Source: Obrimoposthia wandeli
Taxonomy: Eukaryota
NCBI GenBank assembly: GCA_977020255.1
Contig: CDROCS010002834.1
Span: 248,001 to 312,000 of the forward strand
Direction of reading: 5' to 3'
Length of the DNA stretch: 64,000 nt
The notes below the pieces were generated by a model, which did no database searches, was not told where the DNA came from, and saw only the letters and a list, made by a program, of their open reading frames with translations. The translations under genes and the position numbers were made by a program. This document shows, piece by piece, positions 32,504 to 42,786 of the stretch (its first letter is position 1; each line of letters begins with the position of its first letter).

Positions 32504-33694
32504 TTAGCTCTCTACTGCTGATAATAATGACAAGCGTTGTTGAATAAACTGTTGTGATTTAGCAGATACCCGCCCCATTAATAAGGCTTGCTGATACGCT
32601 TTTTTCGCTTTATCACCATTGCTATCACGCTCTAATGCGATGCCTAACCCCATCCACCAGCGTCCATCATAAGGCTCTGACTTCACTAATTGTTGGTAGC
32701 TATTAAGCGCCATAGCATTATTTTTAAGTTGCTGTGATAACGCGCCACGCATCGCCATGTAAGACGCATTTTCTTCTTTAGGTATGCGCGCTAATACATT
32801 TAATGCCGCTTGCGGTTGTGATTCATTCACCAAAAGCTTGGCGAGGGTTAAGCGGAGTTCCGGCTGCTCGCCGTTTCGAGATAACCCTTTTTGCAACACT
32901 GCAACCGCTTTACGGGTATCCGTTTTACCGTAATAGAGTGCCGCCAGCTTTTGACGCACTTTAATCCAATCTGGCTGGTATTTAATGGCAGATTCTAAAT
33001 GGGTAATGGCTTTCTTGCTGTTGCCTTGCTTCAGCAATTTCATTGCACGATCGTATTCAATATTAGCAAGTTGTTTAGTATCCAACTCTACCGTTTCTAT
33101 GCTTAAACCTTCATCGTCATTGCCCCAAGACGCCGTTTCTTCACTGACGTTCTGGGGTGAATCTTCTTGACGTTCAGCATACTCAACCGCAATGAGGGTT
33201 GGTTTAGACACTGTTTTTGTGGACGCTGTTTGCGCTGGCGCGATGTTAGCGATTTCTTTAACCTTCACCTCAACAACGGGCTTAGGTGCAGGTTTTACTT
33301 GCGCCGCCACTTTAGAGGCAACAGTCATTTCAGGTTCAGGGTTTGCTTCTGTTACGGTAGCAATGCTTTCAACTGATGCAACAGGCATGTCGACAGCTAG
33401 ATTTTCAACAATCGGCTTTTCTGCAATAGGCTTTTCTACAGCAGACTTTTCGACAACAGAGGGAGCAGCCTCTGCATGTGAAACGGCTGCAATAGTATCA
33501 GGTTGACCTTGATGACCAAACCACCAGCCAATAGCCCCAGATAGCACTGTAATACACAGACCCACAGCAGCTAATAATGGCCATTTTTTAGGTGGTACTG
33601 GCCTGATATAAGCGGCAACTAATGGATCCGCTTTAGCTGTATTTTTTGCGTTTTGCTGCGCAAGCTCGTTAAGCTTTTTATTTATTTCACTCAT
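32504..33694 (-). CDS. mshN: MSHA biogenesis TPR protein MshN
   Basis: TM segment, Ala/Glu/Pro-rich linker, C-terminal TPRs (RWWMGLGIALER). Start at MSEINK (33694) follows a GGAG SD. Confidence 0.9.
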   Translation of the reverse strand: MSEINKKLNELAQQNAKNTAKADPLVAAYIRPVPPKKWPLLAAVGLCITVLSGAIGWWFGHQGQPDTIAAVSHAEAAPSVVEKSAVEKPIAEKPIVENLAVDMPVASVESIATVTEANPEPEMTVASKVAAQVKPAPKPVVEVKVKEIANIAPAQTASTKTVSKPTLIAVEYAERQEDSPQNVSEETASWGNDDEGLSIETVELDTKQLANIEYDRAMKLLKQGNSKKAITHLESAIKYQPDWIKVRQKLAALYYGKTDTRKAVAVLQKGLSRNGEQPELRLTLAKLLVNESQPQAALNVLARIPKEENASYMAMRGALSQQLKNNAMALNSYQQLVKSEPYDGRWWMGLGIALERDSNGDKAKKAYQQALLMGRVSAKSQQFIQQRLSLLSAVES

Positions 33695-33696
33695 GC

Positions 33697-34539
33697 TTAA
33701 CTCCATCCCCATAATACGGGGTATGTCCACTTAGGTTGTCGTGCGCTCAATGTATCTTTAATTGCCATGAGTACTTCTTTGTTCGTGACTTTTCGTTGAT
33801 TACTGCCGTATGCCGCAATTAATGCTTTATGGCATAACTGATTAATTATTCTTGGAATTCCTTGGCTAGATTTCCACAGTGCGCGATAGTCAGACTGGGT
33901 GAATAAGACTTTACGGCAACCAGCCTGTTGCAATCTGTATTCGATATACGAAATCGTTTCAGCTAAATCTAACGGTCGTAAATTAGCGCGAAAAGTAATT
34001 CGCTGACGAAACTGACGTAAATGATGTTGCGCCAAGCGTTGATCTAATTCTGGCTGACCAAGCAACACTATCTGGAGCAATTTTTCTTGCTCCGTTTCTA
34101 AATTACCCAACAAGCGAATAACTTCAAGCGCCTCGTCTGGCAAGGCTTGCGCTTCATCAAGCAATACAACCACGGTTTTCCCTTGGCTTTTTCGCTGAAT
34201 CAATTCGTCATGAATACGTTCAGTGAGTGTGGTGTTATCACCATCTCGACTTAAGTTCAGCTCACTCGCTAAAGCGGCCCGCAGTTCACGTCCATTCATT
34301 GCGGGGGTTGGTAAGTACGCCAAATCAAACCGCTCTGGTAATTGATTAATCAACATGCGGCACACGAGTGTTTTACCCGTTCCTACCTCACCCGAGATTT
34401 GAATAATCCCTTCCCCCATTTCTAACGCTGACAATACCGTTTGAATTGCCTCTAAATGAGGAGGCAATGCATGGAATAACGCCGTATTTGGCGTTAAAGC
34501 AAAAGGGGCTTGATTGAATCTAAAGTGAGACTGGTACAT
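33697..34539 (-). CDS. mshM: MSHA biogenesis ATPase MshM (ExeA family)
   Basis: MYQSHF..PFALTP, GEVGTGKT, LLDEAQ, LQIVLLGQPEL, GIPRIINQLCHK. Confidence 0.93.
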   Translation of the reverse strand: MYQSHFRFNQAPFALTPNTALFHALPPHLEAIQTVLSALEMGEGIIQISGEVGTGKTLVCRMLINQLPERFDLAYLPTPAMNGRELRAALASELNLSRDGDNTTLTERIHDELIQRKSQGKTVVVLLDEAQALPDEALEVIRLLGNLETEQEKLLQIVLLGQPELDQRLAQHHLRQFRQRITFRANLRPLDLAETISYIEYRLQQAGCRKVLFTQSDYRALWKSSQGIPRIINQLCHKALIAAYGSNQRKVTNKEVLMAIKDTLSARQPKWTYPVLWGWS

Positions 34540-34542
34540 GGC

Positions 34543-36213
34543 TTAACCTTGCTCAGGGAACCATTCAGTCACCAATGCTCGAGAGCGTTCGATCTCTTGC
34601 TGCCACGTTTGTTCATCAACCACTGTCGGCTTGAGCAAAATCACGAGTTCCGTTTTAGACTTCACTTTATTGACGTTTCTAAATAGGTACCCAAGCCCAG
34701 GGATATCACCTAAGAATGGGACTTTAGATACCTGATCATTAATTGCTGATTTCATCAAACCACCAATAACAACAACATCGCCGCTACGGGCAAAAATGAC
34801 TGAATCAGATTCTCGGATAGAGCTTTTAGCGAGTGGTAATTTATACACCCCAAACGTTGCGCCCAAATCGATTTCTTTGGTCTCGTTCACCACCTCAACA
34901 ACAGTAGGGTGAACATGTAACAACACGCCACCCTCATCATCAATTTGAGGGGTAACATCTAATGAAATACCAGAAAAGAAAGGGGTGAGTTCTATATCTG
35001 GCGCTGAGGTACTGTTATCGCCACTGACTTCACCACCAGAAATATCAGTGACGAAGTATTCATCTCCACCCACTTTAATCACGGCTTTTTGATTGTTCGC
35101 AGCAGTTACTCGTGGGCTAGATAGCACATTCAGATCGCCTTGTGTTTCAAGAAAACTCAGTACCGCTTCAAAATTACCATCACTGATGGTGACATTAGTT
35201 TGCCCGCCCAGTAAGGCTGAAATAGCATCACCACCCGGTAGCGCTGATGGACCAGGGCGACCAAAGATAATATCGGTACCACCGATGCTTGAGGTTATAT
35301 TGCTCCAGTTAACGCCTTGCTGATAACCATCACTGAGTGTGACTTCCATTATTTTGGCTTCCAGCACCACTTGACGCTTTAAGCGCTTTTTCGATATACC
35401 AAGAAACTCTTTCACTTCACGTAATTCATTCGGATAAGCACGCACTGAGATCAAGCTCGCTTGCGGCGAAACAACAATGCTACGCCCTTCCCCAGAGCCA
35501 ATCATTGCTTGTACCGCTTTTTCTAACTGCGACCAAAAATCACTTTCAGACGTTGTTTCAATTGTGGTACCACCGGTTGTAGTGCTCGAACTATTGCCGC
35601 CTGAACCACTGTCTGAGTTGTTGTTACTGCTATTATCCGAATTACTGTTATTACTACTGCTACCTGAGCCCGATGAACCGGAGTCACTGCTAGTAATTGA
35701 GCCCGTCGTAATAGACGTCAGGGAAATTCCCCGGCGCTTAAGCTGTAAGTAATCAACAGGAATCGCTTCGGTGCGTAATGTCGCTGGAAATATTTGAATA
35801 ATATTCCCTTTACGTGTGGCGTTATAACCATAAATATCAGAAACAACATCCAAGACTTCGTCTAACGTTACATCACGTAATGTTAAAGAGATGCGACCTT
35901 GTACATTTGGATGGATCACCATGTTTAATGGCGTGCCTTTCACCAAGCTACCAAAGAAGGTACGTGCCTCAACATTTCGTGCGCTAACACGAAAACGTTT
36001 TTCTAAAGCTGATGATGCCATGTAATCATCACTGCCAAAGCTCGGCATCAAATCATCATTAACCGCTGAAGGTAAATCATCTAACGGACGACTGTTCGCC
36101 TCGTTTGCAGCAACATTTAACGCTTCTTTTATTTCAACCGGATCTTGATGTCCCATGTTGGTTGAACAGCCTAATAAAGAGGCTAAAATTATTCCTATTA
36201 CTAATCCACGCAT
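34543..36213 (-). CDS. mshL: MSHA outer-membrane secretin (lipoprotein)
   Basis: Lipobox LLGC; Ser-rich N-domain insert; QVVLEAKIMEV, VLSSPRV, SKVPFLGDIPGLGYLF, TELVILLKPTVV. Confidence 0.95.
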   Translation of the reverse strand: MRGLVIGIILASLLGCSTNMGHQDPVEIKEALNVAANEANSRPLDDLPSAVNDDLMPSFGSDDYMASSALEKRFRVSARNVEARTFFGSLVKGTPLNMVIHPNVQGRISLTLRDVTLDEVLDVVSDIYGYNATRKGNIIQIFPATLRTEAIPVDYLQLKRRGISLTSITTGSITSSDSGSSGSGSSSNNSNSDNSSNNNSDSGSGGNSSSTTTGGTTIETTSESDFWSQLEKAVQAMIGSGEGRSIVVSPQASLISVRAYPNELREVKEFLGISKKRLKRQVVLEAKIMEVTLSDGYQQGVNWSNITSSIGGTDIIFGRPGPSALPGGDAISALLGGQTNVTISDGNFEAVLSFLETQGDLNVLSSPRVTAANNQKAVIKVGGDEYFVTDISGGEVSGDNSTSAPDIELTPFFSGISLDVTPQIDDEGGVLLHVHPTVVEVVNETKEIDLGATFGVYKLPLAKSSIRESDSVIFARSGDVVVIGGLMKSAINDQVSKVPFLGDIPGLGYLFRNVNKVKSKTELVILLKPTVVDEQTWQQEIERSRALVTEWFPEQG

Positions 36214-36222
36214 GCTAGCTGC

Positions 36223-36555
36223 TTACCTTTCAATTATTTTGATATTGTCAGCGAATAATTCCAAACGCCACTGCTTACCACCACGACTAACAGTGACAAA
36301 ATCATCTTGAATATGAGTGAGGGTATAACCGCTTACTTTCCCACCTAAACCGATAGAAACATCATTTAAGATGGCTGTACAAATATCGGCCTCATCGCAC
36401 AATATGCTTTGTAATGTCGGGACATAACTACGCTTTGCTGTCTGCTTTTTAGTGGGAGCACTCCAACCTAGCGGTGCGGTAGGATCTTGGCTTGCCTGAG
36501 TAACACCGGTTGTTAACATCATTAAAATAGCGCTAATAAAACTGAACTTACCCAC
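36223..36555 (-). CDS. mshK: MSHA biogenesis protein MshK
   Basis: QDPTAPLGW motif, PTLQSILC. GTG start at 36555 inferred from overlap with the mshJ stop. Confidence 0.85.
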   Translation of the reverse strand: MGKFSFISAILMMLTTGVTQASQDPTAPLGWSAPTKKQTAKRSYVPTLQSILCDEADICTAILNDVSIGLGGKVSGYTLTHIQDDFVTVSRGGKQWRLELFADNIKIIER

Positions 36556-37183
36556 CAATAAAATCCTTACTTTCGCCAAGCGTATAAACATTTAACGTAA
36601 TATCAGCCCAAGGGTATTTATCAACCTGGTAACTAAAACTTCGCCAGTAATACTTCACTGGTAGTGCTTCTAATTGCTCGAGATAATTAACCACATCAAA
36701 GTAGCGACCACGAAGTGTTAACTGTACGGGATGAATGAAATAGCCTTCATCATCGCCATTAATTAGCTGTACAGGTGCTTGTGATTCTAATGAGACCAGC
36801 TTCAAACGTGTGGTACGTCGTAACACTTCTTCCATTAAACCCGACATCTGTATTGGTGTTACCAAGCTCGCAACACGATCTGTTAGTTGCTCATTTAAGC
36901 CATCAGTCTGTTGCTCTAAACGTTCGATTTTCTTATCTACGTCATTATTTGGATCACTGTTGAGCTTTCGATTGATCGCGGCAATTTGATTATCACTACT
37001 CACGAGTTCGTTAGCCGCTGAAACGAGTTGCCGTTTAATTGACGTAACATCTTTCATTGTCGGCTCAATCACCACAACAAAGCCGACAAACAGTAATGCC
37101 ACCCAACCAGATAGCAGAATCAAGATTTGTTCGCGACGTGTCAGCAGATCAAAACGGTCGCTTAATTGCTGCCAACCATTCAT
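36548..37183 (-). CDS. mshJ: MSHA biogenesis protein MshJ (PilO/GspM-like)
   Basis: LTRREQILIL, HPVQLTLRGRYFDVVNYLEQLEALP..YTLG. Confidence 0.9.
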   Translation of the reverse strand: MNGWQQLSDRFDLLTRREQILILLSGWVALLFVGFVVVIEPTMKDVTSIKRQLVSAANELVSSDNQIAAINRKLNSDPNNDVDKKIERLEQQTDGLNEQLTDRVASLVTPIQMSGLMEEVLRRTTRLKLVSLESQAPVQLINGDDEGYFIHPVQLTLRGRYFDVVNYLEQLEALPVKYYWRSFSYQVDKYPWADITLNVYTLGESKDFIGG

Positions 37184-38655
37184 TTCTTACTCTCCTGTTG
37201 TGCCGCCGTTCTATCGGCTAATAACCTGAACGTCACGATGTTTTTCTCATTACGCCCAAGTGATAGCAGCTGGAAACGACGCTCGGATAAAGATGGGTAT
37301 GCTTTAAATGCTCTTAGCCAACCAGGAACAGCATCAGGGCTGCGCGCCAACCCTTCTAAATCTAAAGCTTTACCGGTCGCACGAATTCGGCTTACCGATA
37401 CATCACCGCTTGCCGCATCTGACAGTTGCTTTAACATTCCGGCATAGCCTACTTTTAGGCTGTCATCATGATTTTCAATCGCTTTTAATGTTGCTTGTTT
37501 CGCGGCTAAATCTTGCTCTAGCGAACCCGCTAATTCGACTTTTAGAGGGCTAGGCACATGCTTGGCTAATGCCGCTTTGGCGCGGTCAAGCTCGATACGT
37601 TTAGCCGTTAGTGAGGCTTGTTCTGCAGCTAACTTCTCTTTAACTACGTAGTTTTTCCAATGGTACCAGCCAGTCAATGTTGCCATTACCACAACAATAA
37701 TTGCCCAGCTTGCGACAACATTCGGCAATGTCAGATAATTTTTCTGTGGTTTTAAAGTATCTGAATAAAGGTTAATACCAGAGCCATCAAGCTGGTTCAG
37801 TGCTGCCCATGCTACGCGAGCAGCATTGGTGGTTAACGTTGAATATTTCGGCGCAATAGCACTCACAGAAACACGTAAACGCTGACTAAGCTCTTGTGCT
37901 AATAAGGCATCATCTTCACCATCACACGAAATGACGAGTTGATTAATCGGGTTATCACGCAATTGAGCACTGAGGAAATCTAAAGAGCGTTGTAATTCAA
38001 GCGCGAGATTATCTAGCTGTAATGCATCACTTTCAGAGCTAATTAATGGGTCAGTAAAACCCCGTAATTGCCGTTGGAAACACAGTACCTGTTGTTTGAA
38101 TGCGGTTAATTGCAACCCTGCACTTGAACGGCGATGTAAGATGAGTTGACTCAATGAGGAAGATGTAAATTGTCCCCACACGATTTCTTCTGCCGAAACC
38201 GCTATCAGCTCGCAATTTTCATCCGAACAAATTTTAATAAGTTGTTCAATGTGCTTTCGATTAGCAACAAATACTTGTAGTCGATCTTTTAATGGCGCAG
38301 GGAAACCGTCTGCTACCAAATCCATTGGGGATTCATTAACAAGGTCTTTAACTAAAAAAGGCAATGCCGTAGGTAATTCAACCCGCGGTATATCTGGCTT
38401 CTCAATCAATAAGCTCTGATATAAACCATGACCTAAAACTAACTTTAATTCACAACCTGAAAGCCCATACTTTTCAATCAGCGATTTAATCGCATCAGCC
38501 CATTGCCCGGCACCTGAAATACCAATGCTATCGGTTATACATTGCTGCTCAGATTCATATACGATTGTTATAGAATCAGCAAAAATAGCCAGACAAGCTA
38601 GTTTATGATGACTTTTCTTATTTAAATACTTATTTAACAAAGCAGTATACTTCAT
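37180..38655 (-). CDS. mshI: MSHA biogenesis protein MshI (PilM/PilN-like fusion)
   Basis: LALELQRSLDFL, INLY, TM segment, GLARSPDAVPGWL. Start uncertain (38655 or 38661). Confidence 0.88.
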   Translation of the reverse strand: MKYTALLNKYLNKKSHHKLACLAIFADSITIVYESEQQCITDSIGISGAGQWADAIKSLIEKYGLSGCELKLVLGHGLYQSLLIEKPDIPRVELPTALPFLVKDLVNESPMDLVADGFPAPLKDRLQVFVANRKHIEQLIKICSDENCELIAVSAEEIVWGQFTSSSLSQLILHRRSSAGLQLTAFKQQVLCFQRQLRGFTDPLISSESDALQLDNLALELQRSLDFLSAQLRDNPINQLVISCDGEDDALLAQELSQRLRVSVSAIAPKYSTLTTNAARVAWAALNQLDGSGINLYSDTLKPQKNYLTLPNVVASWAIIVVVMATLTGWYHWKNYVVKEKLAAEQASLTAKRIELDRAKAALAKHVPSPLKVELAGSLEQDLAAKQATLKAIENHDDSLKVGYAGMLKQLSDAASGDVSVSRIRATGKALDLEGLARSPDAVPGWLRAFKAYPSLSERRFQLLSLGRNEKNIVTFRLLADRTAAQQESKK

Positions 38656-38809
38656 GAACATCCAATACAACTGACTTAATACGTGCAAATATTGCTACAA
38701 AAACATCAAATAATCGACAGGTGTCAATTATTTGACAATACTACCCGAACTTTAAACAAATGAATACATTTTGAGGGCTTTTTAATGTATATCCAAATGT
38801 AACATTACT

Positions 38810-40753
38810 CTACTTATGTTGTATGCCTGAATCATTTATTAACGATATTTCAGCGCCAAAATACCGTCCTTGTCCGCCATTAACACCAAGCTGTTTTAAT
38901 ACTTGCCATTCTTGATTATTTTCCACACCAACAGCGATAACTTTTGCACTAGAATCGGCACAAGCACCCAGCATACTGCGGACAAAAAGTTGGTTTTCTG
39001 GTCTTTGGTGGATCTCTCGTATAAGGCTGCGGTGGAGTTTTATATAATCCACTTTGACATCTTTTATGTAATGGGTGCTTACAATGGTTCTCCCCGCCTG
39101 ATCGATCACCAGTTTACAACCAAGCCCGACTATCATCCGTGTTACAGGTCGCATAGCATCAAGATGCTTAACTAACCCCCCCTCTGGTATTTCAAACGAT
39201 AGGCGGTTCAACACTGTTCGCGGGGTTTGTAATAACTCGTCCCTTAGCCAACGAACAAAACTTTTATCTAATAGTGCTGTTATGCTGACATTAATAGAAA
39301 AAACATCGCTCACTGGCATTGTTTTAAGTAATTGTAATGACTTGGCAATAACCAATTTATCCATACGAATATTAAAACCCACCTGTTCAACAGCAGGAAG
39401 GAATCGAGATGCTTTAATCAAAACACCATTTTCATCTTTAATACGCGCTAACAATTCGCGATGCAGTAATGTTTCACCATCGACATTAACAACAGGTTGT
39501 TGATACAGTATCGGGCCACCCGCATTAAATATTGCATCTAACAATGTACGCCAACGTACACTGCCTCGACTATCATCCCATTGCTGCTCTTTCTTAAATG
39601 CATACCAACTGTTTGCCCGATGAAGTTGTGCACTACGTAATGCCATCTCGGCCTCATCCATGATACGACCGCGTCGTTCACCGCTCGAAAAGAAAGTCAC
39701 CCCGATATGACACCAATTATCCGCTTCTAGTGGTGCTGCTGGCGTCAACCTTTCTAATGCTTTTAATAATTGATTAGTAAACTGCTTTATTTCTTTTGCC
39801 GATTGCTGCGGGATCATAATGGCAAATTCAGCGTCAAAGTAACGCGAAAGAACAGTATCTGAATAACGTTGGATTAAATTAGACAAGATCATACCCACGT
39901 CTTGGATTAAGTCATCAGCAGCTTCTTTTCCCTTTTCTGCCAGTAAGTGATCCCATTCTGAAATGCGGATCAAAATAACAGAACCATAGGTATCTTGATC
40001 TTGCACTATTGACTGAAGACGGCTATCAAACAACACACGGTTTGCTGTGCCCGTTAATTGGTCAAGAAATGTATGGGTACGAATAAAGGTATCAAAACGA
40101 CTGCGCTCTTGGCGGGCATCTTTTAACTCCGCAATCATTTGGTCAAGGGCTAAACTCGCGGTTGCAGGCCACTCGTCTTCAGAGCCGACAGCGTATTTAT
40201 CGACGCGCCCAGCAAGGATCATGCGTCCTCGTACTTCTAATAGCTCTGAACCATGTAATTGCCTACGTAACCAGTTCATGCCCCATATCAAGCCCATAAT
40301 AATGATCATGATAGCAATACTGATTGATGACATTGCGCCTATCGAATAAGTAAATTCGGTATAAGGAGGTAATGACTTAATATCAATATTAAAGCCTGTA
40401 TTTTTCTCAAGCTGGTAATGGCTGATATGCAATACATTAGGATCGGTAAGTGGGTGTATACCTTTAAAAGAATATATGGCGCCGGCAGAACTACTAATTT
40501 CAAGTTCAACAACATTACTGGCTTTTAATAGATTGGGTAACCAACGAGAAAGCGCTTTTGTACCTTCAGGATCAGCCAATTCTTGATCGATGACTTTAAC
40601 CACACCATCAAGGTAGTTGGTCAGATAATCTTGCCCTAATTTTCGAAAGCTAATGGCACCGCCAATAAACACAACGAAAATAGCGCAAATAACAATAAGC
40701 GTGACAAAAGCAACCAAACGGTTGGTTAACTTCATCCCTGATGCTTTTCTCAT
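38810..40753 (-). CDS. csrD: RNase E specificity factor CsrD (MshH), degenerate GGDEF-EAL
   Basis: Two TM segments; FLDQLTG..NR; GGDEF position reads YFDAE and EAL reads ELL; directly upstream of mshI. Confidence 0.93.
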   Translation of the reverse strand: MRKASGMKLTNRLVAFVTLIVICAIFVVFIGGAISFRKLGQDYLTNYLDGVVKVIDQELADPEGTKALSRWLPNLLKASNVVELEISSSAGAIYSFKGIHPLTDPNVLHISHYQLEKNTGFNIDIKSLPPYTEFTYSIGAMSSISIAIMIIIMGLIWGMNWLRRQLHGSELLEVRGRMILAGRVDKYAVGSEDEWPATASLALDQMIAELKDARQERSRFDTFIRTHTFLDQLTGTANRVLFDSRLQSIVQDQDTYGSVILIRISEWDHLLAEKGKEAADDLIQDVGMILSNLIQRYSDTVLSRYFDAEFAIMIPQQSAKEIKQFTNQLLKALERLTPAAPLEADNWCHIGVTFFSSGERRGRIMDEAEMALRSAQLHRANSWYAFKKEQQWDDSRGSVRWRTLLDAIFNAGGPILYQQPVVNVDGETLLHRELLARIKDENGVLIKASRFLPAVEQVGFNIRMDKLVIAKSLQLLKTMPVSDVFSINVSITALLDKSFVRWLRDELLQTPRTVLNRLSFEIPEGGLVKHLDAMRPVTRMIVGLGCKLVIDQAGRTIVSTHYIKDVKVDYIKLHRSLIREIHQRPENQLFVRSMLGACADSSAKVIAVGVENNQEWQVLKQLGVNGGQGRYFGAEISLINDSGIQHK

Positions 40754-40841
40754 ATAACTCCAACGTTACAAGCAGTATTGATAGACTATAAACAGTTAAC
40801 TAAAAATTACAGTGCCCAACAATGCAATTTGTTAATTACGT

Positions 40842-40856
40842 TAATAATGATTATCA
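40842..40856. promoter_or_regulatory. Candidate Fur box (7-1-7) in the divergent csrD / LysR intergenic region
   Basis: TAATAATGATTATCA matches TGATAATnATTATCA at 13 of 14 defined positions; region is AT-rich, so a chance match is possible. Confidence 0.55.
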
Positions 40857-40979
40857 CTTGTTAACCTATTAATGTGAATCATTGTCTGTAAACATAGTGA
40901 TATGATTCAATGAATTTGATCACTCAATAAACGCTAAAAGCACAGCACCCATAATCGTGGCTAACAAAACTGGAGACCT

Positions 40980-41888
40980 ATGGATTGGATCATTTGCACA
41001 AAAAGTTTCGTTACCGTTGTTGAACAAGGCTCTCTGGCTCAAGCAGCAACTAAACTCAATACATCAAGTTCAGCATTATCAAAGCGCCTTTCCTGGCTAG
41101 AAAAGCAGTTAGGTGTGCAACTATTAAAACGTACGACACGCAGTTTAACGGTAACCGATGCGGGTAAATTATTTTATCAACGCAGTGCAAGGCTGCTTGA
41201 TGATTGGCATCAAATGCTGGCTGAAACGACCTCAACATATGGTGAAATCAGTGGCGTATTACGTATTGGCGCCCCTCTTGCCACTGGCAGTCGATTATTA
41301 GTTAACTACCTAGCTGAATTTATTGAGACTTATCCTAAGATTCAAGTCGAGCTGCACACGGTAACACCTGGACAACTGCCCGATCTTAACCTTGATGTAT
41401 TCATCAGCCGTGAATTAACCGACTTTAATTCATCCAGTTATATTGCAACGCGATTATTTGATTTCCAGCCTGGGTTTTACGCAGCCCCAAGTTATCTCGA
41501 AGATAAACCCATAATTGAAAGCCACCAGCAACTCACACTGCATAATTGCCTGCTCTTTGGTACTCATGGGCATGAGCAAGAACACATTTTTGAGAACAAC
41601 TTACACTTGCGCTTACGGGGTAATTTCACCACCCAAAACCCAGAAGCATTAGTTGCTGCTGCCGTTGCAGGAATGGGGATTATTCTGGCTGGGGGTAATA
41701 CGGTAAAACGCGAGCTAAGTAAAGGTTTACTAGTACCAGTATTACCAGAGCTTAAACAGCCTATCAGCTCTGCCTATGCTTATTATCCCAAGCTTGACTA
41801 CAATCATGTAAAAACAAAGCTATTTATTGATTTTATTAAAGAAAAGTCCAACCTGAAAACTAATGAAAAGCCATTCAAGAAATCATAG
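40980..41888 (+). CDS. LysR-family transcriptional regulator (CrgA/DmlR-like)
   Basis: HTH FVTVVEQGSLAQAATKL..ALSKRLSWLEKQLGVQLLKRTTRSLTVTDAG; C-terminal AAAVAGMGI..LVPVLP. Confidence 0.92.
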   Translation: MDWIICTKSFVTVVEQGSLAQAATKLNTSSSALSKRLSWLEKQLGVQLLKRTTRSLTVTDAGKLFYQRSARLLDDWHQMLAETTSTYGEISGVLRIGAPLATGSRLLVNYLAEFIETYPKIQVELHTVTPGQLPDLNLDVFISRELTDFNSSSYIATRLFDFQPGFYAAPSYLEDKPIIESHQQLTLHNCLLFGTHGHEQEHIFENNLHLRLRGNFTTQNPEALVAAAVAGMGIILAGGNTVKRELSKGLLVPVLPELKQPISSAYAYYPKLDYNHVKTKLFIDFIKEKSNLKTNEKPFKKS

Positions 41889-41893
41889 ATAAT

Positions 41894-41924
41894 AAAAAAG
41901 CAGCGCGAACGCTGCTTCTTCTTT
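41894..41924. terminator. Bidirectional terminator between the LysR gene and ssb
   Basis: aaaaaa-gcagcg-cgaa-cgctgc-ttcttcttt. Confidence 0.7.
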
Positions 41925-41960
41925 CATCATGCTATTCCAAACTTACCACTAATAAGTGGG

Positions 41961-42515
41961 CTAAAATGGAATATCATCATCAAAATCCATTGGTGGCTCA
42001 TTGTACTGCTGCTGAGGCTGTTGAGGAGCCTGCTGCGGTTGCTGAGGAGCCTGTTGCTGTTGTTGCTGCTGAGGTGCAAAGTTCTGCTGAGGAGCGGCTG
42101 CAGGTTGTTGAGGCTTACCCCAGTTACCTTGCTGCTGTTGCTGCTGACCTTGACCGCCGCTTTGGCGACTGCCTAGCATTTGCATTACACCATTAAAGCC
42201 CTGAACAACAACTTCTGTTGTGTACTGATCTTGGCCTTGTTGGTTTTGCCATTTACGTGTTTGTAATTGACCTTCGATGTATACCTGTGAACCTTTACGC
42301 AAGTATTCACCAGCAACTTCAGCAAGCTTACCGAACAGCGCCACACGGTGCCATTCTGTTTTTTCACGTTGCTCGCCCGTTGCCTTATCACGCCATGATT
42401 CAGAGGTAGCAATTGTTATGTTTGCTACTGCACTACCACTTGGCATATAACGGATTTCTGGGTCATTACCTAAGTTACCGACTAAGATAACCTTATTTAC
42501 GCCACGACTGGCCAT
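41961..42515 (-). CDS. ssb: Single-stranded DNA-binding protein
   Basis: [22 protein letters not shown]; Gln/Pro-rich linker; DFDDDIPF tail. Confidence 0.98.
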   Translation of the reverse strand: MASRGVNKVILVGNLGNDPEIRYMPSGSAVANITIATSESWRDKATGEQREKTEWHRVALFGKLAEVAGEYLRKGSQVYIEGQLQTRKWQNQQGQDQYTTEVVVQGFNGVMQMLGSRQSGGQGQQQQQQGNWGKPQQPAAAPQQNFAPQQQQQQQAPQQPQQAPQQPQQQYNEPPMDFDDDIPF

Positions 42516-42786
42516 ACTTAACTCCAAATCTGTCTGCGCACTACTTGATTATCAATAGCCGCTTAGTCAAAGTTTACACTTAATCACGCAGTTTATCATG
42601 TTGGCACCGCTCAAGCATAGCGCTCAAACTGTGTTATCTGACGCAAATTTTATTCATTATCTATTTAAAGAAAAATCACACGCCTGAAGCATATTGTTAT
42701 CACACAAAAAAACTGCCCCAATCCCTATATTCACGCCAAAGCACGAATTATAAGCTGTTCTGTTATTGGTTATATTTCACTCTTTA

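Noticed and set aside
35560-35700. Ser/Asn-rich low-complexity stretch in mshL as an insertion element
   Set aside because: It is in frame, and a Ser-rich N-domain segment is typical of MshL secretins.
38810-40753. CsrD as an active diguanylate cyclase/phosphodiesterase
   Set aside because: The catalytic motifs are degenerate (YFDAE, ELL), as expected for CsrD.
41990-42170. CAG/CAA-rich repeats in ssb as a contingency locus
   Set aside because: This is the ordinary Gln/Pro-rich disordered linker of gammaproteobacterial SSB.
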